A DNA stretch of 64,000 nucleotides from Isurus oxyrinchus (lineage: Eukaryota). The stretch spans positions 213,218,001-213,282,000 of the forward strand of contig JANJGN010000001.1 in assembly GCA_026770705.1 (NCBI GenBank), in the 5' to 3' direction. Made by a program: the position numbers and the translations under genes. Below are positions 14,401 through 27,500 of the stretch, piece after piece. The notes under the pieces were generated by a model. The model made no database searches and was not told where the DNA came from. It saw nothing but the letters and a program-made list of their open reading frames with translations. The number at the start of each line of letters is the position of its first letter. The first letter of the stretch is position 1.

Positions 14401-14837
14401 TTAAAAATATATTCAAAATGGGCATCACTTACCTTCAGTGTCTGTGCCAGTTTTATCACATCAAAAATCACTGTGTAACATTGCCAGAAACTGATAACTG
14501 AACCAACTCACAACCTTCTGATTATTTTATCACAGTTAAAACTCTTCAGGCAAAGCACTAGACATATTATTGCTCAGCAACATAGCTTGTTGTGCCGTGC
14601 CTGATGGCCTCTGAAAATTCACCAAATAGACTCTCAGCTTCGTTGTCAGTTTACAGCAAGGACTCAAATGATTTAAGGGGAAATCTTAAGTCAGACACAT
14701 TAAGAAATATGTGCCATCCCTTTCTTACAGAATGTGTTGATCAAGATTGTGCTTATGCACTCACCACTGAACAGCCTCTTCAAAAAGCAAAAAAAAAGGG
14801 TGTTGAGTTGTGCCCTGTTCAGGTGCACTGTCCTCAA
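8500..14837 (-). other. ONECUT2: Putative long ONECUT2 3'UTR (distal end uncertain)
   Basis: Directly follows the stop codon, has no recognisable transposon fragments, and has many miR-9/miR-218/let-7 seed matches on the mRNA strand. Mammalian ONECUT2 has a very long 3'UTR. Several AATAAA candidates exist, and the true end cannot be fixed from sequence. Confidence 0.6.
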
Positions 14838-15130
14838 TCATGCTTTGGTACAAGTGCTTGAGGTCGACGATGAAGCCCCTGGGCTCGACATGGCTTCGTC
14901 CTGCCATTTGTCCAAGCTTCGCCTCCGGGCGTTCATAAAGAAATTACTGACGGTGGTCAACTCCAGACCGAGCTGTTGCGAGATCGTGAGCTGCATCTCC
15001 TTGGAAGGGCGTTTGTTTTCCTTGAAAATGGCAAAAAGAGTTCGGCGTTGGAGGTCAGTGAAAACTAGCCGTGGCTTCTTTGGTGTATTGCTCTTCTCTT
15101 TGTTCTGTTCTTGTTCTTTGCGTTTACACG
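14838..15130 (-). CDS. ONECUT2: ONECUT2 coding exon 2 (homeodomain, C-terminus)
   Basis: Acceptor TTTTTTTTCCAG|CG. Translates (A)CKRKEQEQNKEKSNTPKKPRLVFTDLQRRTLFAIFKENKRPSKEMQLTISQQLGLELTTVSNFFMNARRRSLDKWQDEAMSSPGASSSTSSTCTKA*, with the Onecut F48/M50 homeodomain signature. 1108+293=1401 nt = 466 aa plus stop, in frame. Confidence 0.96.
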
Positions 15131-16474
15131 CTGGAAAAAAAAGAATAACATTGAGAATTTATAGAAATGGACTGACTTTATCCTAGTTTGTTTGTCAAAT
15201 TGTGAATCTTCTTTAAAATATCCCATTGATTTATCTGAGGTTTAGAATTTTTCAATGGGTTTTGGGAAGGCAAGTGGGTGGGGTGGGGGGGGGGGGGTGC
15301 GGGGGCATGGAAATCAACTAATGGCAATAAATGTGGAAATTACCAAGGCATTTATTTTGTTAACCAGTGTTCTAAACATTCGATTACAAAACACAAATGT
15401 AAAACCTAAGTACTGTAATAAATTTGTGTAATGATTAATACACAATCATTCCTTGTGTATTTTGTCTTAGTCCTTTATTTATTTTCTTCCCCTTCCCCCT
15501 TTAAAATTCTCAGTCATGCTTGAGGACATGTTCTAAAGATTTTGCGTGTCCTCTGATACCCTGACCATTGACTATTATTAATGTGTAAACATTAACACTG
15601 GCAGGCTTTTTGATGATTTGTTTACCAAAGTTCAATCCTCTTTTCCCCTGATGCCCAACATGCATGATTTCCAAGAATCACTAGATAGCTACTGAAATCA
15701 GGAAATATGGCTAGCTCCAACCCACTCCCTACCTGCCTCCCACACCTAACTAATTCTGGTGGATTACATTTTTCAGTCAGTGATGAGTCTTCAATGCTCA
15801 TTGCTCGAATGATGCTGCTCACAAAGATTTAGCAGTCTCCATGAATTTTCCCTTTCCTGACATGAGTTTGAACTGGGGCCAAGTCAAGGGAATTTCCAGG
15901 CAGCCAGCAACAGTGATGTCATCAAATAGGGTACTCAGCCAATCACAGACAGCAAACAAGACAGGTGTATTGATTATTCTTCACTTTTTAAAATCATTTT
16001 ACATAATGTGAAATAATGATTGGGACTTTCACTTGGGTTTAAGATAGAAGATAGACTATTGTAAACAAACTTCATTTTTAAAGATAAATTTGGATTTTTT
16101 ATCACAATGGATACAAATATAAAATTAGTTTTTTTTCAGGGCCAGAGAGGTTGACCAGGTCTAATTATGAATTTGATATATTGTTAAAACCAGTTACACA
16201 CATTCAACAAGGTGTCACCTGTTCAAGAGTTTTTATGGGGAGAAATGGCTTAAATGTAGAAGCTCTCATCGGTTCAGTGATGCCTAGTTGATTGCAATCT
16301 GCAGTTACTTCAATAGTATACCCTATTAAGAAACATAGATAAATGAAGAAGTTGCTGTCAGTGTAAGTGACAAGTGTGACTCCAGAAGCTGCTGCCAGCT
16401 TCAGAGGAGTAATGATGCCAAATGCTGACAACTTTACTGTCATCACTTCCTGTAAGATTCAGACCATTATTTTC

Positions 16475-16556
16475 AATCAAGGGCAATTAGGGATGTACAA
16501 TAAAAATTGCTGGCCTGGCCAGCGATGCCCACGTCCCATGAAAGAATTTTAAAAAT
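16475..16556 (+). mobile_element. SINE/LINE 3' tail fragment
   Basis: AAGGGCAATTAGGGATG..GCTGGCCTGGCCAGCGATGCCCACGTCCCATGAA is the reverse complement of the tails at 47.4 and 58.55 kb. Confidence 0.65.
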
Positions 16557-17884
16557 CCATGAGTTAGTGGATCAAATCCCCTTACCCAACAATTTTTCAG
16601 ATGACTTTTCTCTGTGAACAAAAGTTTAATTGGCCTGCAGTCTGCCAGTCACTGACTGTATGCCAGAGTTACTAGGAAGTTTCCATATGTGGACAATGCT
16701 CTCTCCCATCTGCTGAAATTGCACATTGCTGTGTATGGGAAAACCATGTAGGAAACCTAGGAAAATGACAGGCGGGAAAAGGCCAGCTGGTCCACCAAGT
16801 CTCCTGGCGAGGCCTAATAGCTGGAGCATCCTAACTATGCACATCCTACCGCCCTCCAGCAATGTAGCATCCCGAGAGAGGAGAAAGAAAAACAGGGAGC
16901 TTCTTAGGCTGGATCTGGAGTCTGATCCGGATCAGCATCAGAGACTTTACAGCTGATCTTGGGTTTGGAATGGGTGAAGTAATTCGCCTTTTCTTTTTCT
17001 GCTGGGAGGGTTTGCAGAGAGTAAGGCTTATCTTCTGCGGTGGCGTCGTCCAATGACCCAAGGGCGCACATTGACAAGGTTTACGAGGACAGAATGAACG
17101 AGGATATTCCAGCATTGCTTAGCGCCTTCAGCAATGGTATGAAGAAAATAGTGGGAATCAAATCGCTTTACTTCGTTTTGAAGGGTCTTTGTGCATCTAT
17201 TCCAATTCACCTTAACGAAAATAAAACACAATACACAAGAGAGCAGACTATCTTATGAAGCGATGCACAGCCAAGATGCCATCACCACCGTCTTAACAAA
17301 TGCCATTTTACAGCATCCTGCGGAAAGACTATTTTCCAGGGACCGGCGCTCCTCTTGGACCTGTCCGCGGTGCTGAACCGACCTCTGTAATTGGATGCAA
17401 TTGTTCGTTTTATCGCTTCCTTTTTCTTAAACTGTTAATATTACATATATCTTCCGTGCTGTATGCTAAATACAATATCTGCGGAGCTTCCAGGAAACGT
17501 AATTACTATTGATTTTCAATGTTAAAATGTAACATTTTATTATCATGTGTCAAGAGTCTATGGTTGCCAGGAGATGGCAGCGTTGTACACACAATTCTCA
17601 GTGTCAGTGCTGCATCCAGCTGCAGCAGTACTGTGCAAGTGAAACTGATCGCAGGCACACTGTAGAATAACTACAAAACATTATTCTACATTAATGATTG
17701 ACAAACATAGTGAATAATCAACCCAAGTTCGAAGGGCCGCATGCTATCTTATAGGCTTTACTAATAAAGCACGAAACTGGGAGGGCATTAAACACACAAA
17801 CACAGAGCAGGATTTGAATTCCTAACCACCCATGAATAATACAGATGAAAATCATCGTCAAGGCTGCGTGGCCTCTATTAGCAT

Positions 17885-18390
17885 TGACTTAGACTTAGTT
17901 CTTCCGGTCCCATGCGGTACAATGGGCAACAAGGACCCACCACAGGGTCCAAGGCAACCTCCTTCCCTCCAGCCCAGGTGATGTCCCCTCCTTGAAGCTC
18001 CTCCTTAAATGTACTTCGCCAGGTTTTCTTTGGTCAGTCCAGTCTTCCTCTTCCCTCTGGTGGTATCCATTCTACTGCCAGCCTATGTCCGGGAGGCGAA
18101 GAGCGTCCTGCTAGCCTCAGTGGTCTCTCCGTCATAATGTCCCAGAGACACCTCTGGCCAATCCCCTGTAACACGTCTCTCCATTGGTAATGTTGTCCCT
18201 CTAAGTAATGCCCAGGGTCTTATGTAGGCGACGCTGGCGAAAGACGACTTAGTGGCACCTTGCTGTTCTATGTCTTGCTGGCATGAATTGCAGTTGGTGC
18301 TACTGTGGACAAGTGGAGTCACAGCGCCAAGGCCCTGTTTTGGATGCACAGACCGTGTGGAGCCATTGAAAGGCCACGTCACCCTCCCTA
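17885..18390 (-). mobile_element. Degenerate RTE-clade LINE 3' fragment
   Basis: Minus strand translates, with stops and frameshifts, to RRLHKTLGIT*RDNITN and EWIPPEGKRKTG*PKKTWRSTFKEEL, typical of the RTE ORF C-terminus. Ends in a short CTAAGT repeat tail. Confidence 0.6.
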
Positions 18391-21200
18391 TTGACTAGCA
18401 GCATTGAACGGCGTCTAATTTTATTGCTTTACTCAAATCTGGACTGAACTGAATTTCAATAGTTATAGATGCATTGCATTTAGACAATATAATTGTTTAA
18501 GAATATGATTAACTAAAAAGAATTATATCAGTGTACATACATGAAGAATGTCAACACTAGTCAACTAATCAATATGGTTATCGGTTCCTGGTTATTGATC
18601 AACTCAATGAGTAAAGATGGTCGATGGCGTAACTGCAATTGGTGAATAAGTTTTTCCTAACATGATTGGATGACAGCGAGTAAACATTAGAGGTACTTAA
18701 TATTCAACACAGACGGGCCTCAAAAATCAGCTACTACCACCACTGATAGACTAAGCTGCCGTGACAATAGGAAATAAAAGCAGGGGCTCTCTGTAGGTTA
18801 TGTGTGCTACTTATCAACATTCAACTAGTTAATGAACACAAGTTCTTTCACAAGCTGACTATCGTGGACAGCAAACGGGAACTAATAAATTACGACAGCT
18901 CCGTGTCTTCAGTCAATTGTGCGTTTTAAAGAGAAAAAAAATCTCCTTTCTCGTCTTTTTTTTTCTCTCCGCTCTCCTCTTCCTCTTCTCAATGCAGTGA
19001 TTCCTGATTTGGGAACGGTGTCCTGATGTCAGGCGCCCTCTGGTACCTCCATTTTCATGTTTGAGCCTGCAGATAGCCCACATAGGGTGGCATCACAGTT
19101 GAGTTACATTCTCTCCCTACCAAACATACACACGGCCAGCAAAAGGGCGCGGGATAGGGATGAAGGACGGAAACTCCTACCCACCACACCCCCACCCCCC
19201 CCTTCGAACACAAAGGTATTGAAGTCAACGGCAGCATCACTGCCGCGATCTCAGCTGAGAAATAGCGAACCGAGCACAGATCAGAGGTGAAAACGAGAAT
19301 CGGCTTGGCCTCTATAGCTAAGCTGTTCATTGTCTTTCCCCAGTTTAGTCGTGACAATTATCTAAGTCTATCGTTTTCGCACGCACACAAAACCGATCCA
19401 TTTCAGTAGATATTTAAGAGTGGAATTAAATATGAGATAATTTCAAAGATCCTTCATGCTGGATTCTGGAGAATATGATTGTCGAGCAGTAAAAAGTCGT
19501 TGCGATTTCTGCTCTCCCAAATGATCATAATTGATACAAATAACAGGTAAAGGACGAGGACAGTAGCAAGCAACGTGTTTCAAACAGAATGTCAGTCCCA
19601 TTGCTGAATGCGACGGGTAACCAGGAAAAAATGCACACAGAATCCAACTGGAAGTGGTAAGTATTGGTTATAAGGATGGGAACTTCCAACATCATCTCCT
19701 CAATGCTCTCTGGCCGCCGATCCTGAGGCTTCAAGCTGTTTTATTTGTATGAAACCCCGTACGTTTTAACTTGATGCTGGTATCCTGGACAATTCACTCC
19801 GGGGAAAACAAATGTCAGAGCTGGGCTCTGACCCTGCTCTTGGTCCATGCGGTAAGTTGCTGCCCTTGGTGGAGGCAAACAAGCGCGCCAACAACTTAAA
19901 TATGCTGCGCCGCTTCACCGAGAAGACCCTGGTTTAAAACATTAAATGTTGGTGATCGTTTGCCTGATTCAAAGATCCGAACCCGAACGAAATAAAAGCC
20001 AGCCGCATGTAAACAGTTTCGAAAACAAACCAGTCAGTCATGTCAACAAGCAGCATTAACAAGAGCGCTAATAAAAAGATAGCTCGTGTTACGCCATCGA
20101 ATTAAACAGTTAATCAATCAGCCAGTCGATTAATTATACGCTTTAGCTGTCACACACGAGCTCTTCACATATCGGGCATGGGTTTTACTTTTACTCATAC
20201 TTAACGCGTGAGCATATTAATAAATATGACATTAAAAATAGTTTGCTATTCTTTATTTCTCAGTCGAGACTCTAGTCATATTAAGTCCTGACACTGACCA
20301 GGGCAGGCACAATGCCCTGCACACATTAGCGCTGACTATCAGGTATTAACTAACAGCTAATGGTTGAAAACCTTGTAGGGAGGTCACACATTATCTACGT
20401 GAAAGTTATTTCGCAATTTTTGCAATTGAACCTTCCCCACCGCCCACCTCCCCCCGACCCCCCATCGTTGCCTTTCCCGGAAAGATACACCGGTTATTCA
20501 GTTCCACGCCAATGACAACATGTATTTATAAATGTCTTTTAAATCGACCGAAACAAATTAATCACAAATATTTGTAACTGTCGCGCCCATTAAGGTTGGG
20601 CTCAAAATGCTATCGGAATAGCAGAAACTTTGAAACAAACTCTACAGCCATACAGATGATCTCGTTTTTAAAAAAAAAATATTCCACTTCCCTGTTCCCT
20701 GTATTATTTGTTTGGCAGGTAAAGTTAAACATGCAACATTTTCCCCAATTATATTATTGCATTACATATGATTTTGAAGGTGTTTACTTAGGTTTTCTAT
20801 ATATTTTGAACAGTTTCACTCAAATACAAAATTCCTATTAGGAAATGCAGCATTCTGCTATTGCCATCCCTCTATTTCAGATTACATGTGTTTTTAAATA
20901 CTCATTAATACATTGTAACACGGTGACTGCAGTAAAGCAGCACGAACACGTGTCGATGATCTAACACTGTGTAGTATGGGTAGCAAGCACAAATTTCTTA
21001 GTGAGACTCAACAGTCAAAAAATCAATTTGATGACGCTGTTTAAACGCTAATTATAACCTCAGATGTGGCGATTAATTCATCTTGCTCCTTAACCAGGCC
21101 TAAAATCTGTACTCTCCAGCACCCCACCACCCCCACCCCCCGCCCCCAACCGTGCACTACAGCGAAAAATGCGAAAGGCAACGCTGTTTAAAACAATTTG

Positions 21201-21535
21201 CAAATACGAACAAACATACGAAAATATTGAATTAGGAGCAGGAGTAGGGCACTCGGCCCTTCGAGCCTGCTCCGTCATTCGGTACGATCATGGCTGATCT
21301 GATTGTGACATCTTGCCCACTCCCGATAACCTTTCACCCCCTTGTTTATCAAGAATCTATCTAGCTCTGCCTTGGAAACAGTCAAAGGCTCTGCTTCCTT
21401 TTGAAAGAGAGGGTTCCAAAGACTCACAAGCCTCTGAGAGAGAAAAACAAAAACATCTTTGCCTTAAATGAGCGACCCCTTTGTTTTTAAACTGTGACCC
21501 CTAGTTCTCGATTCTCCCACAAGAGGAAACATCCT
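21201..21535 (-). mobile_element. CR1-clade LINE 3' end
   Basis: CATACGAA repeats (tail), then AGGAGCAGGAGTAGG..CGGCCCTTCGAGCCTGCTCC..GATTCTCCCACAAGAGGAAAC. Confidence 0.8.
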
Positions 21536-24500
21536 GCAACATTTTCCCCAATCATATCACGGTATGAAAATACTAATCCCTACAATTTCTCCAACAAATT
21601 GCATCCATGGAAATCAATGAACCTGTACCAACAATGAACCTTGCCCCTTTGAACTCAATAGAAGACTAATAAACCCATTAACTGGCACAATGTTCCTCAA
21701 ATTGAATTTTTAAAAATTCAAATGTCGTTCATTCTCGAAATTCAGCAAGACGATGCAATGTTTACTTATCCTTTCGGTGGACTGTTTAGTTAAAAAGTTA
21801 GATCTTGAATAAAGAAGTTTTAATCGTAGACAGAAGGAGCTCAGGTCTATGACATTAAGTCTCACACCTTCCAACAAGCCACAACATTTACAAAACAATG
21901 ATCATTAACCGTTTTAATTTCTAGGTATTTTTTCACCTTTTATGCGCTCCTCGGCCTAAGCATATTTGGATAGGGTATTTGTGCTCAGGTACATTGCTAT
22001 AGGAATGGTAACCCTTAGCCTGCGATGCAGTTGGAAGGAGTGATGACCGCATTTCCACTCAAATACACCTATTTCAGATTAAACAACAAAATAGCTTCTC
22101 ATTGTGACGTTATTAGCTGGCAAGTTTCTGTCAGTTTGGTGAGGTTGTTTGTGAGAACGCTACTACAAAGCGCTAGGACAGGCGACGTAGAAAATGCACT
22201 GATTACGTCATTGCAATAAAAATGCCGTTTACAGGTATAATTAATACGCTAAATTTTAAAAAGTTACAAATATATAATGCCTGTTATCTTATTCCATCCC
22301 CAGCACGTTTTCTTCTGAAGTGCAAAACACCAAGCTATCTTTTTTTTTAAATCCTGTGGTAAATGAACAGGGTTGCAATTCGATACCTTGTGTCCCTGCC
22401 CTAGGTATGTAAAAAAACGTTACTTTTTGTCAGACCGCTTAGGCCTAGCTAGCTCAATTTAGATTCTCTGTCCATCTTTCTAAATCCATCGGTGACATGC
22501 CCTTTCTGTTCATCTGCGTCGGTACAATCTGTCTGTTCGAGTTCTCTGGTGTTTTCTTCATCTCTTGTCTTCTCTATATATATTCGCAAGATATGTTTTG
22601 CCTTGCTCGATTATCTCATTAAAACGCGCTATTTTATGGGGTGGTGCTTCAATTTCGTTTTGCTGTTACATAACTTTTTAACCAAACGTGAGCTCAGAAG
22701 ACATGGATTACAAAACCACGCATCCCATTAGGATTAGAAATGAAAAAATCAATAGTGGCTTCTAATTACCTGTAAAGTTAAACAGAGCAGGCTGGAATAA
22801 TCACAAACGCCCCCACCCCCTTCTCTCCCCCTCCTCTCTCTCTCTCTCGCTCTTTTTAATGGTCTAGGATTGAAAATATTTATAATTCAAGTCAAACTTG
22901 CGCGGGCGACACGGAACTTTCTGACCCTCATACCTAGGTCAATAAGTGGAACAAATGCAAAACAGGACAGGACCCATAAACCGATGACACATTTGTGTTT
23001 ACATTAAACTCTTTCATCTGGTTTAACTTTAAAGCAACCAGCGTCAGGCATGATACGGCCATTCATACTTACATGTTTTAGGCTGGGTAAATGACTTTCC
23101 CACAATGTCCCACCACTTTTTATTGGGATATATTTTGCAAACAGAAATAATTATAAAATTATGCCTAAGATTTGATCTAAACAAATAGCAACACGCAATT
23201 TATAAAGGGCGTGAAGTTAAAGTTTGCTGACAAAAATTAACAAATGCCAGTGTTCCCTTTTTGTTTTGATTTATTTGTTGACTGTTTCGCCGCTTTAAGT
23301 TCTAAATTATTCGCTTGATAAATCTCCCTCAACAAGCGGTCACGGAGATAAGTTCAAAGTGAATAAAAGTAATTAAATGATGCATTTCCATTATTCATTT
23401 ACCAAAATATATTTTCTTTGGAATGTACGGTAAATAATAGAAAAGTGCGTGTGAATGCGTAAAATATACAACATAAGCTAGCATGTTACATATAGGAAAT
23501 GATACAATAACATAATGTTCCATCATAATGTATGGATGTTAACTAGCTGATAGCATGTATAGAGGTTTATCCTGTCTGTAACTATACAGCAAGTGTGAAT
23601 AAAGTGACTGAATAATTTTAAGATTATTATTTTAAGATTGCACTATATATGCACTGTGCATTACAGAAAGGCGGTTTTGCCTATAACATATTGATTTCAA
23701 CTGACCTACGCAGTAGACGACTTGTAACACGTCTAGAATCTACAATGCATGTAGAATTATTGTGAAGCAAAATCACACAATAATAAGAATGCTCCACTGT
23801 CGGCTATCTTGGTGCATTGCCCTATTCTGAAAGTCCCTTGACGCCCCTCTGTCATTGTCTGCCTGTGCCTCCTGCTTGTGGAACACTTGTTTTAGGTGTT
23901 TCCCAGTAATAACAAATCGAATGACAATACTGTATTAAAAAGAACAACATCCGGGTAAACAGTAAATCTATGCAAGAGCTTCTTTAAACGTGCGGTTTCC
24001 TTAAAGGGAAAGGCTGGATCAATGCGATCGATGGCGAAGGTTTTCCCTATTCCTATATCAAATGAATGTCGTCGCTGATGAAACCTCAAATGGGGAGTTT
24101 CACTGAGCGACTTCTCCATTGTTTTTCACTCGGGTTGTGACAAAATGAAAATCGATGTCAGCGAGTCACCAATATCACAGATAAAACAAAGGCTTGTTTG
24201 CACTAACCCGCGGTCTGAGAGAGCAAAGTCCTTTGTGATAGGGAAAAAAACAGAAGAACTCGGAGCTCCGTCCAATAAAGCCAAAGAGAATTGATATTCG
24301 GAAGCACGTTTCGCCAGCAATTTCGAAATTAAAAAAATAAAGCTAAGTATTTGGACAGGAAACCACACAATTTATTCCAACAGGATCCTGGGGAAGAGAA
24401 CATTTTTTAAAAAAAACTTGTTTGCGACAAAAATCAATCCTGAAAAGATTGTCGAATTTGTCAGGATAAACAGGGGCTGATTTTTATCACGGAATATCTT

Positions 24501-27500
24501 CAATGTCAAGGATAGAACTGAAGTCTACATGAGGAGGCGCGCTATCTTAAATCACCTCGATGCAAAGATTGTGATGTTAACGTAATGTGATTAAGGGTTT
24601 GACTCCACCTCTATACTTCTGAACTCCACTGAACTTTTTTTTAAGTAGAAGTATTTCTTTAGGAATATATTTTAATCATCTCTCCTCGCGCATGAACAGG
24701 GCCAGGACACAATCTATGTAAGTCAAGCTGTGCAGCCCTGTTGGACCAGAGTTAAGAAACTGACACAATACCGGGACCATCTTAGTTGTTTTCTCTGATT
24801 GTGTTACATGTCCCTGTGATAAGGAAAGATCCCAGGAGAACAATAAATATCGATATGTAATTATGCTATTAAAATTTATATATAATGCATAGCCCAAATG
24901 TATAACGTTTGACATCGCTCCACTCTGCTTAAAGTGCCGAGCATTTCCTTAAGTAACATCAAAGGCTGCAGCAAGAAAAATCTTTGTAAAAAGAGAAATC
25001 TGCTCTGCATCTGAACAGATATGTTTGCAAATTAAGCCTTAGCTGTATGATTCGAAAATGTAAGTAATGTTCTAAAACGTGGTCCCTATGTACATGTTTT
25101 TAAATGTTTTTTGTGGATTTCCGAAGCATATACAAAACAATTACTGGCATTTCATGGCAATTTAATATATATCGGTATAGAAGGAGATGGTTTTAAAGGT
25201 CATAAAGAACTTCAAACAATTATAAATGAACACAGCGCCCGTTCAGCGGTGGGAAGCAGCAGCTTAGTTCAGGGAATCTACCTTTGTGTTGCCAACGAAA
25301 TATGCAAGCTATACATATTTCGAACAAGGTTATTTTAAACAGATGCAAATATGACAAACATGAAACAATGGATTATATTTTCCAAACTTGGGGTTACAGA
25401 TATGGCAACTATAAATAGAATCTAGAAAAGCTAAAATAACCGACAGGGAATCTGTGACGGTCAAGTACTATACGGTTTGTATTAAATGGGTTGCTAAAAT
25501 AAATACTATTCAAGTCAAAATAATGCACTTTTCTTAAATTTCGAACCTGACAGTCAAGTAATCAGAAAGACCACTCAAGCCTTCGCTGAGATTTCTGCAC
25601 CATTGTTAAATGATATTGATATTCAACAGCATTTGGAAACTATCTGTCTTCAGAATTACAGGGTGATGAGAGGACAGCCTGACCCATCCCCTACTGGGGC
25701 ATAATCTCTTTTTACATTGCTGTTAGTTCCTAATGGCACATATTTCGGAATCCCAGAAGTGTCTAATTAATGCCGAAATGCAAAAAAATTTAAACTGACT
25801 GCATCAGAGACATACTGAAAGCTGCATTTAATCAAGGTGTTGGAATGCAATCTGCATCGCGCCGAAGAGCGTTTAACCAAACGCCCTGCCAGCGAGCTAG
25901 CCATATACCAGCTGTCCCCCTGAATTGCAATTTGCTGTGCTAATTGGGTCCCTGTCACTTAACACGGATCCTCTGACATGCATACTAAGTTTTCCACCTA
26001 GATAAGGTTTTATTTTAAAATGTTTGTATATTAATGTCAGACGGAAAGCCAGTAAATAGTCTTCTTGGCTGGGTTGGTTTGCCTGGATTATTGATTCTAA
26101 CTTTAATTAACTTAGGTTAAAGCCCAAAACTGTAGCTGAGGTCACGTGTCATTATCATTCTCGACTCTTGATAATCTCAATTTAGCCTTGCAAAAGAAAG
26201 AAATCATCAGGTAGAATGATTCAAGGACTTTTTGCTTTTAATAAAAACCAATTTTCTGTGTTATTAGTGTGTTGCATGCTAACAATCTTGCTTTAAGAAT
26301 GTTTAAGTGAGATCCTTTAAATCGCTAACTACCCACATCAGCGAAGTGCACAGTAACACGGTGGTCCTACACCTTTGGTCCTAATACAAAACAACACAAA
26401 AAAAATCGATACTAAAATATAGTACTACAGTTAAAAAAAACACTTTAGCTATCGTTGTCATTGGCTGTGCAAACGAAATGTCTTTAAAATGGGAGCGAGG
26501 AGGGAGTTAAAACTATCAGGAGACAAAGGGAATATAATGACAATGCCAGGAAGACCACGGCAGCTTTACTGGAACAACGCCGGATCAGGTTCCAAATCAA
26601 TGTCTAACCGGGTCCTCAGGTTTGTGTTATTGTTGCCAGCATTAATGCCCTTTTAATCTTCTAAAGATTATCCTCATCGATCCACGTCCATAGACACAGA
26701 TTTTTTTTATATAGTGACATAACCACATTATTGAAATTCTGTGATAAAAATAAATACCACGGTTCCATTTCCTTCCCTCCATCTCCCCCTTCCACCCCCA
26801 CCCCCACCCCCTCCCCCATATATCTTCTTTTGCCCTGAGTGCTCCCAGGAATCCTCTTACATTAGGAAGATGTTACTTTCTCACACAAGGGGCTGCCAGA
26901 GGCAAACATCAGAAGCGGGAGAGTTTCAATTATTAATTTGCCAATTGCAACACCAACAACGAAGTAAAGCCATGGGCTTAACAGAAACACGCTGGTGGCG
27001 GTGTTGCTGCGAATTTATTGTGTTTTTTTTCGGATGGTATTCGGCGTTAAGACTCCCTTGCATATCCTTACTTCAGAAACAACCCCATTTTTTTTTTTGT
27101 TTATCATTCTCCCCCAGTAGGCGTTCTAAGTATAAATCATTTATGAAGCCGTCGCCAGAGAGAAAGATACTGGTTGACAAGGCTATCAGCTCCAGCGGTG
27201 AATGAGTGCCCAGATTTTTGCCTGGTTAAAACCAAGGTGACGTTGCAGCTAGCAACCGGTCATGCAGAGATTTTCATTAATAATTCATATCTGCGGCTTC
27301 TGGGCTGCTTTTCAAAGCACTGTCAGTAAGCATTTTATGTCTTCAGATAAAATTTTAAATAAGAGAACCCGGCTACTGCACTTTTTTTAAATATACATCT
27401 TTTAAATGTTTCAAAAATTAGCAACATCGTTCAGAGGAGACCTCCACGTAAAACTCAAACTATATTCGCCTCAAATGGCTGGGTAAAATGCTGTTGTCCC

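Noticed and set aside
13871-14775. CRISPR-like repeat-spacer array
   Set aside because: Eukaryotic 3'UTR, degenerate repeats, irregular spacing (140-450 nt), no cas genes.
14734-15186. 150-aa plus-strand ORF
   Set aside because: Antisense to ONECUT2 exon 2, with no recognisable domain.
15620-17350. Possible DNA-transposon relic or cryptic exon in the ONECUT2 intron
   Set aside because: Looks repeat-derived, but I could not define termini, family or a credible reading frame.
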